A DNA stretch of 41,351 nucleotides from Catajapyx aquilonaris (lineage: Eukaryota), in the NCBI GenBank assembly GCA_000934665.2, contig JYFJ02003455.1, positions 1 through 41,351 of the forward strand, in the 5' to 3' direction. The translations under genes and the position numbers were made by a program. Numbering within the stretch: position 1 is the first letter of the stretch; each line of letters starts with the position of its first letter. The notes beneath the pieces are model-generated. The model saw only the letters and a list, made by a program, of their open reading frames with translations, was not told where the DNA came from and ran no database searches. Below are positions 24,759-37,903 of this stretch, in pieces.

Positions 24759-25069
24759 GTGCGTTTACATGTGGGAGATTTGACGAGCGAAATCTTCGCC
24801 GATGCTGAAATTAACAATCGATTTCCCCCTCAAATAATATTGTTACTTGGGTCACCCAGCCTCGGCGAAGACTTCGCTCGTCAAATCGCTCACATGTAAA
24901 CGCACCTTTAAAGGTGTGTTTACATGTGGGACATTTGACGAGAGAAGCGGAGCGAAGTCGTCGCCGAGGTAACCAATATTTTTTGTGGCGAAAATCGATT
25001 GTTAATTTCAGCCTCGGCGAAGACGTTGCTCCGTTTCGCTCGTCAAATCGCCCACATGTAAACGCACCT
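24759..25069. mobile_element. Two adjacent PIF/Harbinger-type MITEs in opposite orientation (24759-24907, 24912-25069)
   Basis: TIR AGGTGCGTTTACATGTG.., TTA/TAA flanks; internal TGAAATTAACAATCGATTT is inverted between the copies. Confidence 0.85.
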
Positions 25070-28000
25070 TTAGTCTTTGTTGGTACTGCAATCTTATAAT
25101 TTTAAACATCTACATTCAATATGCTTAAAAAATTGTTAGGAACATTAGCAATTGCAATATCTTTTACAGAGTTTGTGCATTGTCACGTGGCAGCCAATAA
25201 GTGATTCGAACGATGCAATAATTCGGGTACAGAGTTATCAGTGTTAATATCAGCTTACTGGCGGACCTAAAATGTCCGCTTTCACGTCAAATATGTTACG
25301 TTACATCCGACTAATATTCCCGGAAAATCATGCCTCACTGGCAGGACCCTATTTTTCCGATGTTGTGAAGTTTCCGATATATCCAGGGTACACTTCACAC
25401 GTGTTTTACTGCGTCTCACTTTAAAATGAAGAACTAAAATTAGTTTCAACGGATATTATGTCATTTTCAGCATATTGATATTATTGTTTGCATTGGATTT
25501 ATATGTATAAGGTTGGTGTATTCCAGCTTTCAAAAGGTTTATACTGTCATTAAAATCTTAGAAATAATTCTAGGAGGATGTGAAATGTAAGCCAGTTATG
25601 AGATATAAATACTAGCCAATATTAGCAATTACTACTAAAGAATAATAAACAGCATCTCCCATTCATATGAAACAATGAAAAAATGATACATCACAAGTCG
25701 CTATCATTTCATATACTCCAATCCATCGGGAGTGTAAACCTAATAATTGTTAGTTAAACAACAATCACTTTCCAATGAACCGAGTTATTATTCAATCCAT
25801 TACCTATAATCGAGTTTGGCCAAGCTCCAAATTGTACGATCATCAGATAATAAGCCAAAACATTAAGGGGCGGGTCGCGTTTCCTTAATTAGATAGAAAT
25901 AGAGCAGAGTGAATGCTTTTACTTCTGGAACTTTTCCAAAACCTTAGCTCAAATGGATCTTCATTAAGGAATAGGCCGCAATGTTCCTCTCATTTATTTT
26001 CACTGATAACACTCGTAGGATTGTGTCTACCTGCGTTCCATTGAAAAGCTAAAGGAGTCGGTTATCACAAGGTCCTCGTGTAATTGGTTGGACCGATTCT
26101 TATCCGCATTGCATTGGAGCCAAAATGGCTGAACAATGAAGCACGCAACAATTTTGATTTGAAAATAAAAACACACACAAATGTTATATGATATTATTGG
26201 TATTCAAATCTAACAAAGCTGAGCCACGACCTTCTTCTCTCCTTTCCTCTTTTCCTCCGCCAAAAAAGAGAAGCAAAAAAGAGGGATAAAAGCCTCTAGA
26301 TATGACCGCAGAATTTCAGGAAAGGCGATAGCCAGTTTAGCGATACCCTGCGGGTCCAAATTCGAAATTCCAGACGGATATTCGTGGCCAAAGGGAAACC
26401 GATAGCTTCGCTTCCAAAGAGCATCAAAGGAAGGAACAGGAGATATACATAGATGAAGATAGAACTCTCGCACAATTCTCCCCAAAGGTGTAAAACAAAG
26501 AAAAAATTCACTATGTTCCCTCGATTGATCTCCGAAGCCCGTGAATGGCATTTCAATAATGCTGTAATATATTTTAATGTACATTAGGTTTGTACTGTGA
26601 AGATACGTAAGATAAATGCATCAACGCTTCATATGTACGTCGTAGCTTACATCAACATATTATGGAAATATAATATTAATATAGGCTGTTATATTACGTC
26701 ATCAATGGATATATGTGGACTTTTAAAGATAATGTTATTGTCATACGATTTTATTAATAAGACGCTATTATCTGAGGGCTGCATTTACCACTTTGAGGGT
26801 ATAACCTTGAGGCGAAACATTCAAAACTCTTCTCCTTTGGTTATACTGTACTTTACGTGCATTTAAAGCCCTCTAGGCGTTTTAAAGCGTGATGGGAAAA
26901 AACCTGGCATTTTTTTCCTGCTGTCTGAAGTACAGTACATGGAGTTTAAAAAACGCCGAGTGTGACTCACCCAGAGGGAATCCTGTTTACTACCACATTT
27001 GCAGTAAAAAGGGTACATTTTTTCTACCAGAAATACAGCAAACCAGTTCCCAATTATTAAATAATTAGCCGTAAAAAGTGCGAGTATGTTACTTCACAAT
27101 GAGAATAATCGCAGTGAGAAAAATTACCAAATGTATAGTAGGCCACTGATTTTTTATCAATTAAAATACTGTATTAATAAAATAAATAACGTCTTTCAAT
27201 ACAACAGTAACTTACTGGCCTCCTTCATAATTATTCATAATTAACAGTAAGATGAAAACTAACAATGCAGCATCGATATTGTCACTGATGTCATCAGCTC
27301 ACGGTTGGTTACAAAATAATACTCTTCACATTCGACCTATCACAATTCACAACGAACGTGCACATTCTTTATATATATATTTAGAAATGTTCACTTATAC
27401 AGTCATAGCCTAATCATTGTAGTACAATATATTTTGCATCGTGGCAATTACACCGGACAGTTTGACCATCATGAATAATAAGTTGTGAATAATGCAATAT
27501 GTGATAATTACAAAACCATAGTAAGGATGCGAAGTAAAACGAGGGAACTTAACTTCGAGATTATAGGAGAGGTCGCTATTTTGAAGCTATGCGCGATAGT
27601 GAGAGGAAAAGTTAGGGAGTAGCAAGCATGTCACGAAGGAAGGAATCGTCAACTTCACCGACGCTGAAGAGGGACTTAGCTCTAAAACGAGCTAACTACC
27701 CAGGTTGTCGTTCTGAGAACGTGGACCCAAAGCTAAATTGAAATCCACGAATCTAGGCAAGACGAGTCGTAGTCCTAGGCATAAAAAGTAGGTAGGTTAT
27801 TGTTACAAGAGGCCTCCTAATTTTTTTTAAAATGGTTAGCATACTAAAACCACAATATACTTGTAATAATAATTGAGTGTTATTTTGTTTTTAAATCTAT
27901 TATTAATAATTTAATAATAATAATATAACCATTACAAGTGTATCTTAGATGGGTATAAAAAATGAGAGAATAAATGACAAGTTGGGCCTATTTGAGGGGA

Positions 28001-29154
28001 AAGGGAATAACAGAGGAGGTGGATTGGAAGTCGAAGAAGCATGTGCAAAAGAGTGGCCGCCTCCTTAGCAGGTCTTTTCCATTTTGCTGATCCACCGCCG
28101 ACGGCTGGCTCGTCCCTCTTCACCTTCAGAAACACTCTCCCCTTTAAAGGAAATGAAAAGTCTGGGGAACCAGATTCCACCTTCCGCTAGCTCCATTTTC
28201 ACTTAGAGCTTTCAAATTAATGTAGGAACGAACGAAAAAAGAATGTGCCAGATTGCTCCTGGACTTGTTTTCACATGGCCTATGGAACAAAATTTCACTG
28301 AAAGTTGGAGGCTCTATTTAAATTTCAAGTTTCATTGCCATGGGGGTACATGGCCTACCACAGATATTTGCTCATAGGCCCATATGATTTTATGCAAATT
28401 ACTATTTGTTTTATGCGTATCCTGTGAGAATTATTGTAGTTTGCTATTCATCCAGGGTGATAATAAGTGGAACGGGTATATCTATATACATTGTAACATT
28501 GGGCTATCGAGCCACCAGTTGTTCTTGTAACTGCAGTTTTATTTAATTGGCTTTAATGCTACCACCAGAGATCCTATGATACATTATACACAAGTACGCG
28601 TGTGTTGAATGCTATTTCTAACTCACACTCATTTATTTTTAATTCGTCCTTGACAGCTAGCTGAAATTCTTAAGCAACTTTCAAGAGTATGTTGTACACA
28701 TAGGAGGGAGACCAAAACAAATGCATATAGGTCCTGTTTTACGACGGCGTTAGGTTCTAGTAACACTGGATCGCAAAATTAAAAGTCGTAAAACTAGGCC
28801 TTATGTAATGGTACCTGCACATCTAGAGACCTTGCCACAATGCAACAGCACTAAATACAAAACACCTGTACGGATAGTGTGTTTGGATTCAGAGGTGTTG
28901 TTACGATGAGTTTATGTTTCGATTTTTGGTTGTTTTTAATTTTTCGCACTATCAATTTTTAAGGTAATTAAAACGTTGTAAAATGGTAGCATCGTAACCT
29001 GTGCTACAGGTGCACTGACCCTGTTGTAAGAATGCAAGATTATCAAAAATAATTAGAGAGCAAAGGAAATCAAATAACAGAAATTTTACCCATTTATATG
29101 AGCATATCATATTATTATACAAGTGAAGCAATAACTTTTGGCAGTGGAGGTGTA

Positions 29155-29356
29155 CTATAACACTTAAAAAGATTGTCGCACTGTGGTGTGGTGTCCGCAA
29201 CTTTTTGTTTACCCTCCTGCGACAAGGGTCGTTGTCGGGTGACGATGTGGTGTGATTCTACGCCAAATCAGTCCAAACACCCCTTGCGGCAGGAGGGTAA
29301 GCAAAAAGTCGCGGACACACACGGATACAGTGCGACAATCTTTTTGCGTGCTATGG
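29155..29356. mobile_element. Palindromic MITE
   Basis: Imperfect arms of about 75 bp (AAAAAGATTGTCGCACTGT..), TA flanks. Confidence 0.8.
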
Positions 29357-30959
29357 TACATAGCATTGCTTGTTCACCAACAGTGTCCACAATGTGTGCC
29401 CATTTCCATAACTTTTGAAGAACATTATTACTCGTCGTACTATTCTGATTAAGAGCATGTCCTTGATCATTATTTTAACAAGCTTTGTAGTACGAGCATA
29501 CACAGGCATTCCAATCATATCTGGCAGAATTTCATAAACATTACTGTACTTATTATTATGTAAAAGATATGCCTAGTTTACATATGAAGGAATTAATATC
29601 AGGAAAAGCTATTACATATCAATTTAACAACTAATGTGGACTATTGTTTGGACTATCAGTAAGCTATATCTGTGAACCTTTCTTAACATGTAAGCCTATC
29701 ATGTCTATGTTGGACACTGACGATGACGGTTCCAAGAAAAATGTCCAACATAAGGTGTCCAACTTCACCGATTTTAATGTACTGTATTTTAATAAGAAAT
29801 TCGTATAAAACAGCTCAATAATTATATTTCTTTTGAATAGGTGAGACATCAAATTTAGCTCTACGTACTGTATATGCTATATTCCCCAGCTTCATAACCC
29901 TATTTAGAATCATGGAACATTTAAGTAGCAAAAAATAAATCATGCTCAAGTCCTCTAGTTGTAAAATGAGCCATCATCTGCAGTAACTTAAGCGCGGTAA
30001 CTTGTCACATCACTCTCAACCCATCAGGTACAGTACGCGTCGTGGTTTTGCTGTAAGACCTAGAACAAAAGAAGTATTGATTAGGGAAAAAAAACTTCCG
30101 TAGTTTCAGGCTTCCTGTGGTCGACGTTCGCTCGACACCCAATATGGCCGCTCACTTTTAGTCAAAAACAAAGAGTAGCTCGTATAGCACCACATCCGGG
30201 CTTCTCCTCCCCCCACCCCCACCCCCACCCCCATCCCCAACCCTCTCCTTTTCCTTTCCCTGGCGCTCTGAAAGGACTTTGACAAGTTCTGGCCACGGGC
30301 TTGCTCGCTTGTTTTATGGGTCCGATGAACATGTCTGCCATCCAGCGTAATGACATTATGTGCAAGACCTTTAGCAATTACCCCCCGCTCCATTAGATAT
30401 CGCAAGCGCATAGGATAAGGGGGGAGGGAGGAGGGGGAACTTTAGGTGTCATTTCATAGTAATTGAGGCAAATTGAAGTTCGCGCGCTTGGCCGCAGAAC
30501 CATTAAATTGTCAATAGCAATCCGGAGTGTGTTGAAGTCTTGGAACTATACGTGACGGGCCTTGTCTTGAATAATCTCTCTCGGGAAACGCAGGTTGCAT
30601 AATGACGCTCGGGACGATTCAGTTACTGTCCGGAACACTAGGGAATATCGTTAGTCCCTCCACTTCTTCAATCTCCCAAGTGGCTGCTACTGCTCTGAAG
30701 ACTCTGATGCATATTTCAGTCACAGCTGACTGTTATATTGTGTATAACTATTCGGTGCTCACAAGCCAGTATTTGTTATTTTTTTCAGGACACTCGAAGT
30801 GACCTGAAAATGTCTCGTTCAGGCTTTTGGATATGAACTTAATAAACTGGCCTCAGTAGACTGAATCTGCCAACAGCGAGGATTTTCTGAACTCAAAGCA
30901 ATTTGTCTTCACGGAAGCACTCAGTGCACTACGTCTAATATTATACCTGCGCAAGACGA

Positions 30960-31210
30960 GAGGGGAAGAGCATACTTTGATCTCTCCTACACAGAGAGCG
31001 GTCCATAGTACGCCTCATTTTGCAAACTTGCTGTGTTCTTGCAGAGGGAAAACTTGGAAGTGAGCTCAGGCAAGGCGAAGAGTCTGTTGTGAAACTTTAC
31101 ACTCTCACTAAATCTCCACGCTCTGTCCATATTAAAAAGTCTAGAGTACTCCAGCAGCTCAGTTTCAAAAATTGATGAGTCTTTCATTCTACACATATGC
31201 ACACCGGTTG
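30960..31210 (-). pseudogene. Possible hAT-like transposase C-terminal relic
   Basis: FETELLEY...YGPLSV*ERS resembles the hAT dimerisation motif PxSxxxERSFS. Confidence 0.25.
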
Positions 31211-32469
31211 CACATCATGAATTGTCATACTTAAACCTTCTAGAAGGCTGTAGAGTAACGAGGTTGTCCAAAGGAAGAAGAATATTTCCTCTCTGCCGTA
31301 TAGTGCTGCCATATCCAGACGAATATGGTTCCAGAATGATCGAGCGTTTGGGCGTTACCTCACAGTGTGGTATTTTATGCCCTAATTATCTACAAATTGC
31401 ATCAGGTTTTGCAGACCGCATAAGTTACACACGAATGAAATGGACACTGGAGCAAGGCGCCGCGCCTAATTATCATAACGGATTTGCTTTGAACTAAATT
31501 AGGCGTACTATACAATTTCATGGTCATCTTTTACTTTTATGGCGTGAGAATCGGACAATGTTGCTCATCCTGGACACACGCTGTGACAATGAGCCACATG
31601 GCAGGGTTGCTGGAAATTAATTTCTTGCTGACTCGACAACTATTAAGAAACTGCAAATACATTAAGCTATATAGTGTTTTAAGGGCACGATGTGTTTGTT
31701 TCCATTAAGATTTGTCAATTAGCAAATTACGGAACGCCCTATTATAAAATAGCAGCATGCATAGAAGTATGCACAGTATGAAGCACTATCATCACATCTA
31801 TAGTCCTATATCGCTCTCTAGGCATGTGGAAGAACGGAATAACATACATTAGTCACAGCATTAGGTGGTGGCAAAATGTGCATGCGTGCCTGTGCGTGAC
31901 TGCAATTTCATCTGACCTGGAAGTCATTTGCCATCAAGCTGTACATTTGGCAGCTGCCAACAACGTTTTGTCATGTGGACTTAAGGTTTCATACACTTTG
32001 CACTGTCGTTATCGCTAATAATGTCATTATTATAGAATCGTATATCATTGGGCTTGACGTTTGTTCCCCGCTTTTCACATACCTATCGATAGCTATTACT
32101 AGCACAATATCGGATGAATTTGATGGATTTAGTTGCTCCGAGCAGCTTAGCGACACTGTACAACTTGATCGGCCTAAACTAACAAAATATTTGTCTAGGG
32201 GATGTTATTCGGCCCAGAAAAATGTCATAAACGCTTTTAAAAATTAATAACTAAGCATGTGATTTGAGCATTTACTATACAGTGCGGTATAGGACACAAT
32301 GAAAGAAGTTGATCCTCCCTTCGGCAGATTTCCCATCCGCATCGTTATATCCCCCTCGCCCTCAGCCAGTATGCTAATATTTACAGTCTAGTTTTAATTT
32401 GCAGGAAATAACCAGTTTTTCAAGACCTCCAAATCTTACACATGTTTGCCAATATGAAGCTACCGCATA

Positions 32470-33103
32470 CAGGGTGTACCAGATTCGTGGGTCACTTTTT
32501 GATAACTGATATCGCCCTATAGCAGTTATCTTTTGTAGCTTGTTGTGCCCCTAACCATGTGCCCCATTCTATAACTACAGCAGATGGGGAGGTGTGGTGG
32601 CCGAGATGGTAACGTCTCGGCTTGCTGAGTGGAAGGTCCCAGGTTCGATCCCCGCCTGGGAGTTCCCTTCCACCTCCGTCAGGAGGGTCTCTGACCTGCA
32701 CCTTGGAGGTGTCTGGCAACCTAACCTCCTGGGGGACTGCACATATGGCCCAAAGGTTTAAGACATTGCACCTGTACAAGTGTTCCCTCCCCCAACAATC
32801 CATATCCTTTCCCAATGTCCCTGTTTCCTTGCACCGGAGAAAGAAGCTGAAAAAATATACAGAAAACTGATGGTGGTGTGCCACCCCCCCCTATAGATCC
32901 CGTAAGGGACATCACGAGGTACACAAAAAAACTACAGCAGGTGCTATAGAATGGAGGGGCACAACAAGCTACAAAAAATAGCTGCTATCGGGCGATACCA
33001 GTGATCTTTTTTTAAATTTGTATTACCCAGTTTTGGGCCATTTCGGCCTTTTTGGGGGAGATATCAGTTATCAAAAAGTGACCCACGAATCTGGAACACC
33101 CTG
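32470..33103. mobile_element. CAGGGTGTTCCA-family MITE with two nested retroposon insertions
   Basis: TIRs and TA TSD; inserts at about 32586-32929 and 33007-33058. Confidence 0.88.
32586..32929 (+). mobile_element. tRNA-derived SINE, family A
   Basis: Same head as 155-503; TSD AACTACAGCAG. Confidence 0.9.
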
Positions 33104-33164
33104 TATATTTACTTGTAACCCCTACCCTATCATATAGGTAGGTACGCTAACTTATAGACATGTT

Positions 33165-34225
33165 TATTTATTTATTATTGTTTATTTTACCCCGTGATAA
33201 GCTGTAAGCCGTTATAGGGGGGTGGCATACCACCATCAGTTTTTTAGAACTTACACACATGTACTGTACGACCAAATTTCGGTAAAGAACACGCAATTGA
33301 TATTAAAACTACGCTGGTAAACTCCCAGAATCCCCAGTGAGGACTCCCAGCAACACTTGTCCTGAAATTAATCATCCCATTCCTTCCCCATAGGTCCCCT
33401 CCTCTTCCTTTCCACCCGAACAAGCCGTGCAAAATGTTCTAGTCATTTCTCCTGATTTTTCTCCCTCCACCATCCCCCCACCAGTGTGATGCGAGCAGTG
33501 GTGAGGGTGTTACCCGCTAAAGGGTTGCAGGAAGGGTTTGGCCGAGTCCGGATTCGCATTTCCCCAGCGGTATAAATCGCAGGGATTGGCGTCCGTGCCA
33601 AGCTGGAATTCCATCCAGGGCCCCGCAGGCACTTGTACTGCGAGGGGAAGCGGCCATAAGTGCCTGGCTCCTTCCCATTTGGGCCCATCCATCACCTGCT
33701 CATGGCCTGCATTTTACTGGTGAATGAGCTTCCACCACATCTCGCAAGAGCTCTTTCTTAACGTTCCTCCGCCATTTTTTTTTGTCCGCATGGCCGACCA
33801 CCCTTGTTTTCCAACTTGTCTGCCGTATCACATGCGTTAGGTGAATATCACTAGAAGTAGGGTATATGACGATGGAGTATATAGAGTTGTCTTACTTGGA
33901 AGGGTGATTCTGAGTGAATATTTTGAGGGAATGGAGTCGGTGTGACGCCATCTCATAGAGGCGAAAGGCAATGGGAGCCGTTTGGTTGCAGATCAATATC
34001 TAAATAATGATTTCGCTTTCTGGGTGTTATCACTGCTTGAGTTTTTTTGGGGGGGGTGTGAAGATTGCTTGAGAGAAGGAATCAGGGAATTAGACGAGGA
34101 GAAGGTTGGGAGAAACTTGACGGAAGTGGGTTATTAGATGCGGGCAAGGTGGGAGTGAGTAATGATTTTTTGGTTATGAGGGTAATATACTACTTTTGAT
34201 CGTATATGAGCTCGATATGGGTTTC
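33165..34225 (-). mobile_element. Possible 5'-truncated LINE (degraded ORF2 end, 3'UTR, shared tail)
   Basis: Tail at 33187-33240 matches the family A tail but has no tRNA head. Minus-strand QAIFTPP and APIAFRLYEMA..NHP (33880-34075) weakly resemble the Jockey/I post-RT region. Confidence 0.35.
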
Positions 34226-34287
34226 AGGAGTGGTTATTGAGGTCCAGAGTTCGATCCCCGGATTTTCTTGGAAAGGCGTTTCGATGA

Positions 34288-34906
34288 TTTTTTTAAAAAT
34301 ATGTTTTTAAATACCCCGTGATAGGGAGATGAAGTGGCGTCGCGGTAACGCGTGCGCCCACGGATATGAAGGTCCCGGGTTCAATCCCCACCCGGGGTTC
34401 CCACCTTTACCCGTGCAGAGTTGGGCCATCTCTGGCTTCATTTCGGGTGGCAATTTCCGACAGACTAAGCCATCCGGGGGAGTTCACAAAATGACTATTA
34501 GAGACATTGCACTTGCACTTTGCACATCCCCTCCCACCCACCCTTGGAGTACACTAATTAAGATTCTTCTTAAACTCGCTCCAAAAACAAATCCTAACGG
34601 TGGTAACCCACCCCCCCTAAGGAGTAGTATAACTCCCCCGTGGGGTAATTTTAAAAAACGTGATAGGGCGGAAGGGGGAGGTTCCCAAGGGAGGACACTG
34701 TAATTATAGTCATTTCTGACTTTCTGAAATACACCAGACCTTTTCTCCTGGCCCTGGGCAGAGTGGGGAGTGCATTTCTGCCCTGCATGTCGGATGAAAA
34801 GCGGAAAAAGACCTGGCCAGGCAGAGGTAACGAGGATGGGATTTGAACCCTGGCCTCCCGCTTGGCTGGCCAGTGGCGTAACCACCAGACCACCATGCCT
34901 CCCCGA
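34288..34906 (-). mobile_element. SINE family C, split by a family D insertion
   Basis: TSD GTTTCGATGA at 34278-34287 and 34907-34916. Confidence 0.85.
34325..34658 (+). mobile_element. tRNA-derived SINE, family D
   Basis: Head with B-box GGTTCAATCC; duplicated CGTGATAG(GG) target. Confidence 0.88.
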
Positions 34907-35069
34907 GTTTCGATGAGTTCTCTCCGCGTTCTCCAAGATTTTCTCGGGATTTTACCGTTTTCTGCCACTATCAAAATCTAGCATGGAGCAAGCATGAATT
35001 AAAAGCGGGAATTTAAAGAGGAGCTCCCTAAGAGGCGACATATACCAGATGAATGAAAGGAATATTATA

Positions 35070-35304
35070 CAGGGTGTTCCAAATTTGTGCCGGGTCGTTT
35101 TTAAATAGCTGATATCGCCCAACAGTGGTTATATTTTTGTAGCTTATTGTTGTGCCCCTAACCAGGTGCCCAATTACTCCCAGGGGGTCGAATATTACCA
35201 GTTGCTTTAGAATGGGGCACTTGGTTAAGCTTAAGCTACAAAAAATAACTACTATCGGGCGATATCAGTGATACAAAAATGACCCACGAATTTGCAACAC
35301 CCTG
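35070..35304. mobile_element. CAGGGTGTTCCA-family MITE
   Basis: Similar to the 17433, 22757 and 32470 copies; more diverged. Confidence 0.85.
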
Positions 35305-37782
35305 GTGTAAGTTAATATTTATATTTTAAATGTAATTAACACCCATCATTTCCTATTTCCGATTTCGATTAATGGTGATCAAAATAATGTGTAATTAAGT
35401 AGCCATTTAAAAATATCCACTCTCAAGCTGGCCACACCATTGCATATTATGACGGGTTGCACTTGAGTGGTGGCAGTGTGGGGGCGGGGGGNGGGGGATG
35501 GAAAGTTTGTTAATTCTGCTAATTCATATCAGACACCGTTCCAGAACAAGATTACGCTCGTTGTGGTGCCTTGCCGAACCTAATCCGGATAAAGACCTCT
35601 ATTGGATAGTAAGTATAAGGGAACAATATTTTGTGGGGTCATGCGAGATAGCAATATTCTTATCACAAATATATCGAATAATGGTCTGGATGACTGAAAG
35701 TTGAAGGGTTCAGTGGAATGACTGGAGATGTGGATAAAACGCTGCTGGCATGCCTGATGGCCCTAGTTGCCTCACATCACCTGTACTGTACACCACTTAG
35801 GGTAGTGCTTACATGGGTGGGTGAATCAACATGTTTTCTCACCTGTTATTTTACTAATAGTACAGTTGCGGAACTACTAAGCTCATCTGAAGCTCAAAAT
35901 AGCCTCCAGGCACACATAACAAACTGCCAAAACATCATTTAGCAACTTGTCTGTTTGTGATTCACATTAGAGGCGAATTAGATTATTTTAGCACTATATC
36001 AACCCTTAGTTTTGCTTTACACATATGCAGTTGTAAAAGCGTCCATGGAGAATAAACTACCTGCATTAGAATATCGCCACTATTAGTTTCTGTTGCAGAA
36101 AATAATCTTTACCAACATTGATCACTAGAAGTAAATTATTCAAGGCGGCCGGCGCGGCGTTTGTTCAAAAACTGAACTGTACAGCGGAGTTCGAATAATT
36201 ATTGTGAAGTTCCGTAGCAGAGGCTACAACACTTACACATGAGTGGATTGGAAATTATGCCTGCTGTAATGCTCTTCTTTCCATGCACTATTTCTCGAGA
36301 ACAATAGGTGCAGGTAAGAGTCGCTGTTTCTCAGCATGTATACCGACGTCAAAAACAATCAATCAAATAGTGTTATTTATTTGCCCTTTTCCGTCTAGGA
36401 CTACTACTTGTGCTAGATCTCTAAGAGCATCATATTCAGTAATTGCGTTTGTGATGGTCCTAGTGCATTTGTCAAAAGCGCATCAAATTATCTGCAAGTG
36501 GTTCAATATCACAGAATTTCTGCTCCCTTAGGTTACTTTTAGTAGGCTATAGTTATACACTATTCGTGTCCCAGGACTATTGTTGCCGTTTTCTAAGAAG
36601 CTCTCCTCAATTAGATGCCAACCTGCAGTGAAATATTAGGATTAAGCCGCAGTACGCCATAACGGTTAAGAAATTGGCGCTCATTTGCATTCGCCCAGAC
36701 CCCCTCTCCTAAAAATTCCTAGATATAATAAACGACTGTGAAAATATGGAAATGAAAACGGGTACCGCACGTTTCACACCACCCCCTACCCCCTACTCTT
36801 TTCCTAGCCCCCTCTTCTACCCCCCCCCNAGTTGGGGAGTTTCCAAGTCGAACAAAAGGACGGTGACCTGCCACACCTGCTGTTCCCCCCTGAATCCACA
36901 AGGCGACCACGTCCTCTTACGTTTTCTTTTCTTTTGCTGGAAAAGAGTAGAAAACAATGAGCCATGGTATTCCAGAGAGGAATACCATGGGCAAGTGTTC
37001 CCAGCTCGAGAGCAAAGTTTGACCAAGTTTCAGCTACTGTAACATAGTATCCTCTTTCAGCGAGTCCTCCCAATTCTTGCACGTTTCCATGCAGAGTTGG
37101 GGACGAACTGTGGTGAGAAGGAAGCTTGACCTTTACGGCTCTATAAATCTGCGAGTTGGGTGGGCGAGTGGCGCCAAAGGGCTTTTCATCGCTACCTCTA
37201 GTTGTCATAAACTACCTGCGGGTGTCGGGAAGGTAGCAAAAGGAGGATGCAAGAGACCTCTTTTGTCAAAACAGTTTGTGTCTCTTGACACTCTGTGTAC
37301 ATTTTGTTTAGTAAGCTGGAAAGGGAAGGGGCTGGAAAAAAAAGTCTGAAGTACTGGAAAGGGTAGACTGTACTGTACAGAGGCGACGTGAGGAAAATAG
37401 TAATGGAGGAATTTACCAAAAGCTGTTCCAGTCTGGTCAAACAGTGGCGACGGATTATTCGCTTTGTCGCAGTGGTTTTTATTCAGCCTTACTTCATGCG
37501 ATGGTACACTCTAAAATATTCTGAGTTGAAAGTTATTCAGTTTGAACTTACTCTTAACACTTCTGATCAATTTGAGTTTTTTTTATTTTCACCGTCGCGT
37601 CGTCGTCGCCAGGAATGGTGGACATCGGCCTTGCTACTCCTGCGCCCAGAGCAGTGTAAAACAGCTGTAACTCGGTTAATTTATATAGATCCAATTAATT
37701 TAATTTTCAATGTGTAAGAAGGTAATATGCTCCTGTATACCCTGATGACTCTAAAATTCATATTTTAGTTATGTTTGGAAGT

Positions 37783-37903
37783 GTTTTTTTTGCATTACCC
37801 CACGGGGGGAGTTACGTACTCCTTAGGGGGGTGGATTACCACCATTGGGGTTTTAGTTGGAGCGAGTTAAGATAGAATCTTATTAGTGTACTCCAAGGGT
37901 GGG
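37783..37903 (-). mobile_element. 5'-truncated family D SINE (tail only)
   Basis: Matches 34537-34648; 13-bp TSD TATGTTTGGAAGT. Confidence 0.85.

Noticed and set aside
26210..26584. 124-aa minus-strand ORF
   Set aside because: No recognisable domain or clear splice sites; a BLASTX search would be needed.
33600..33670. HDV-like ribozyme on the minus strand
   Set aside because: A P1-like pair is present, but extra nucleotides and missing P1.1/J4-2 break the fold.
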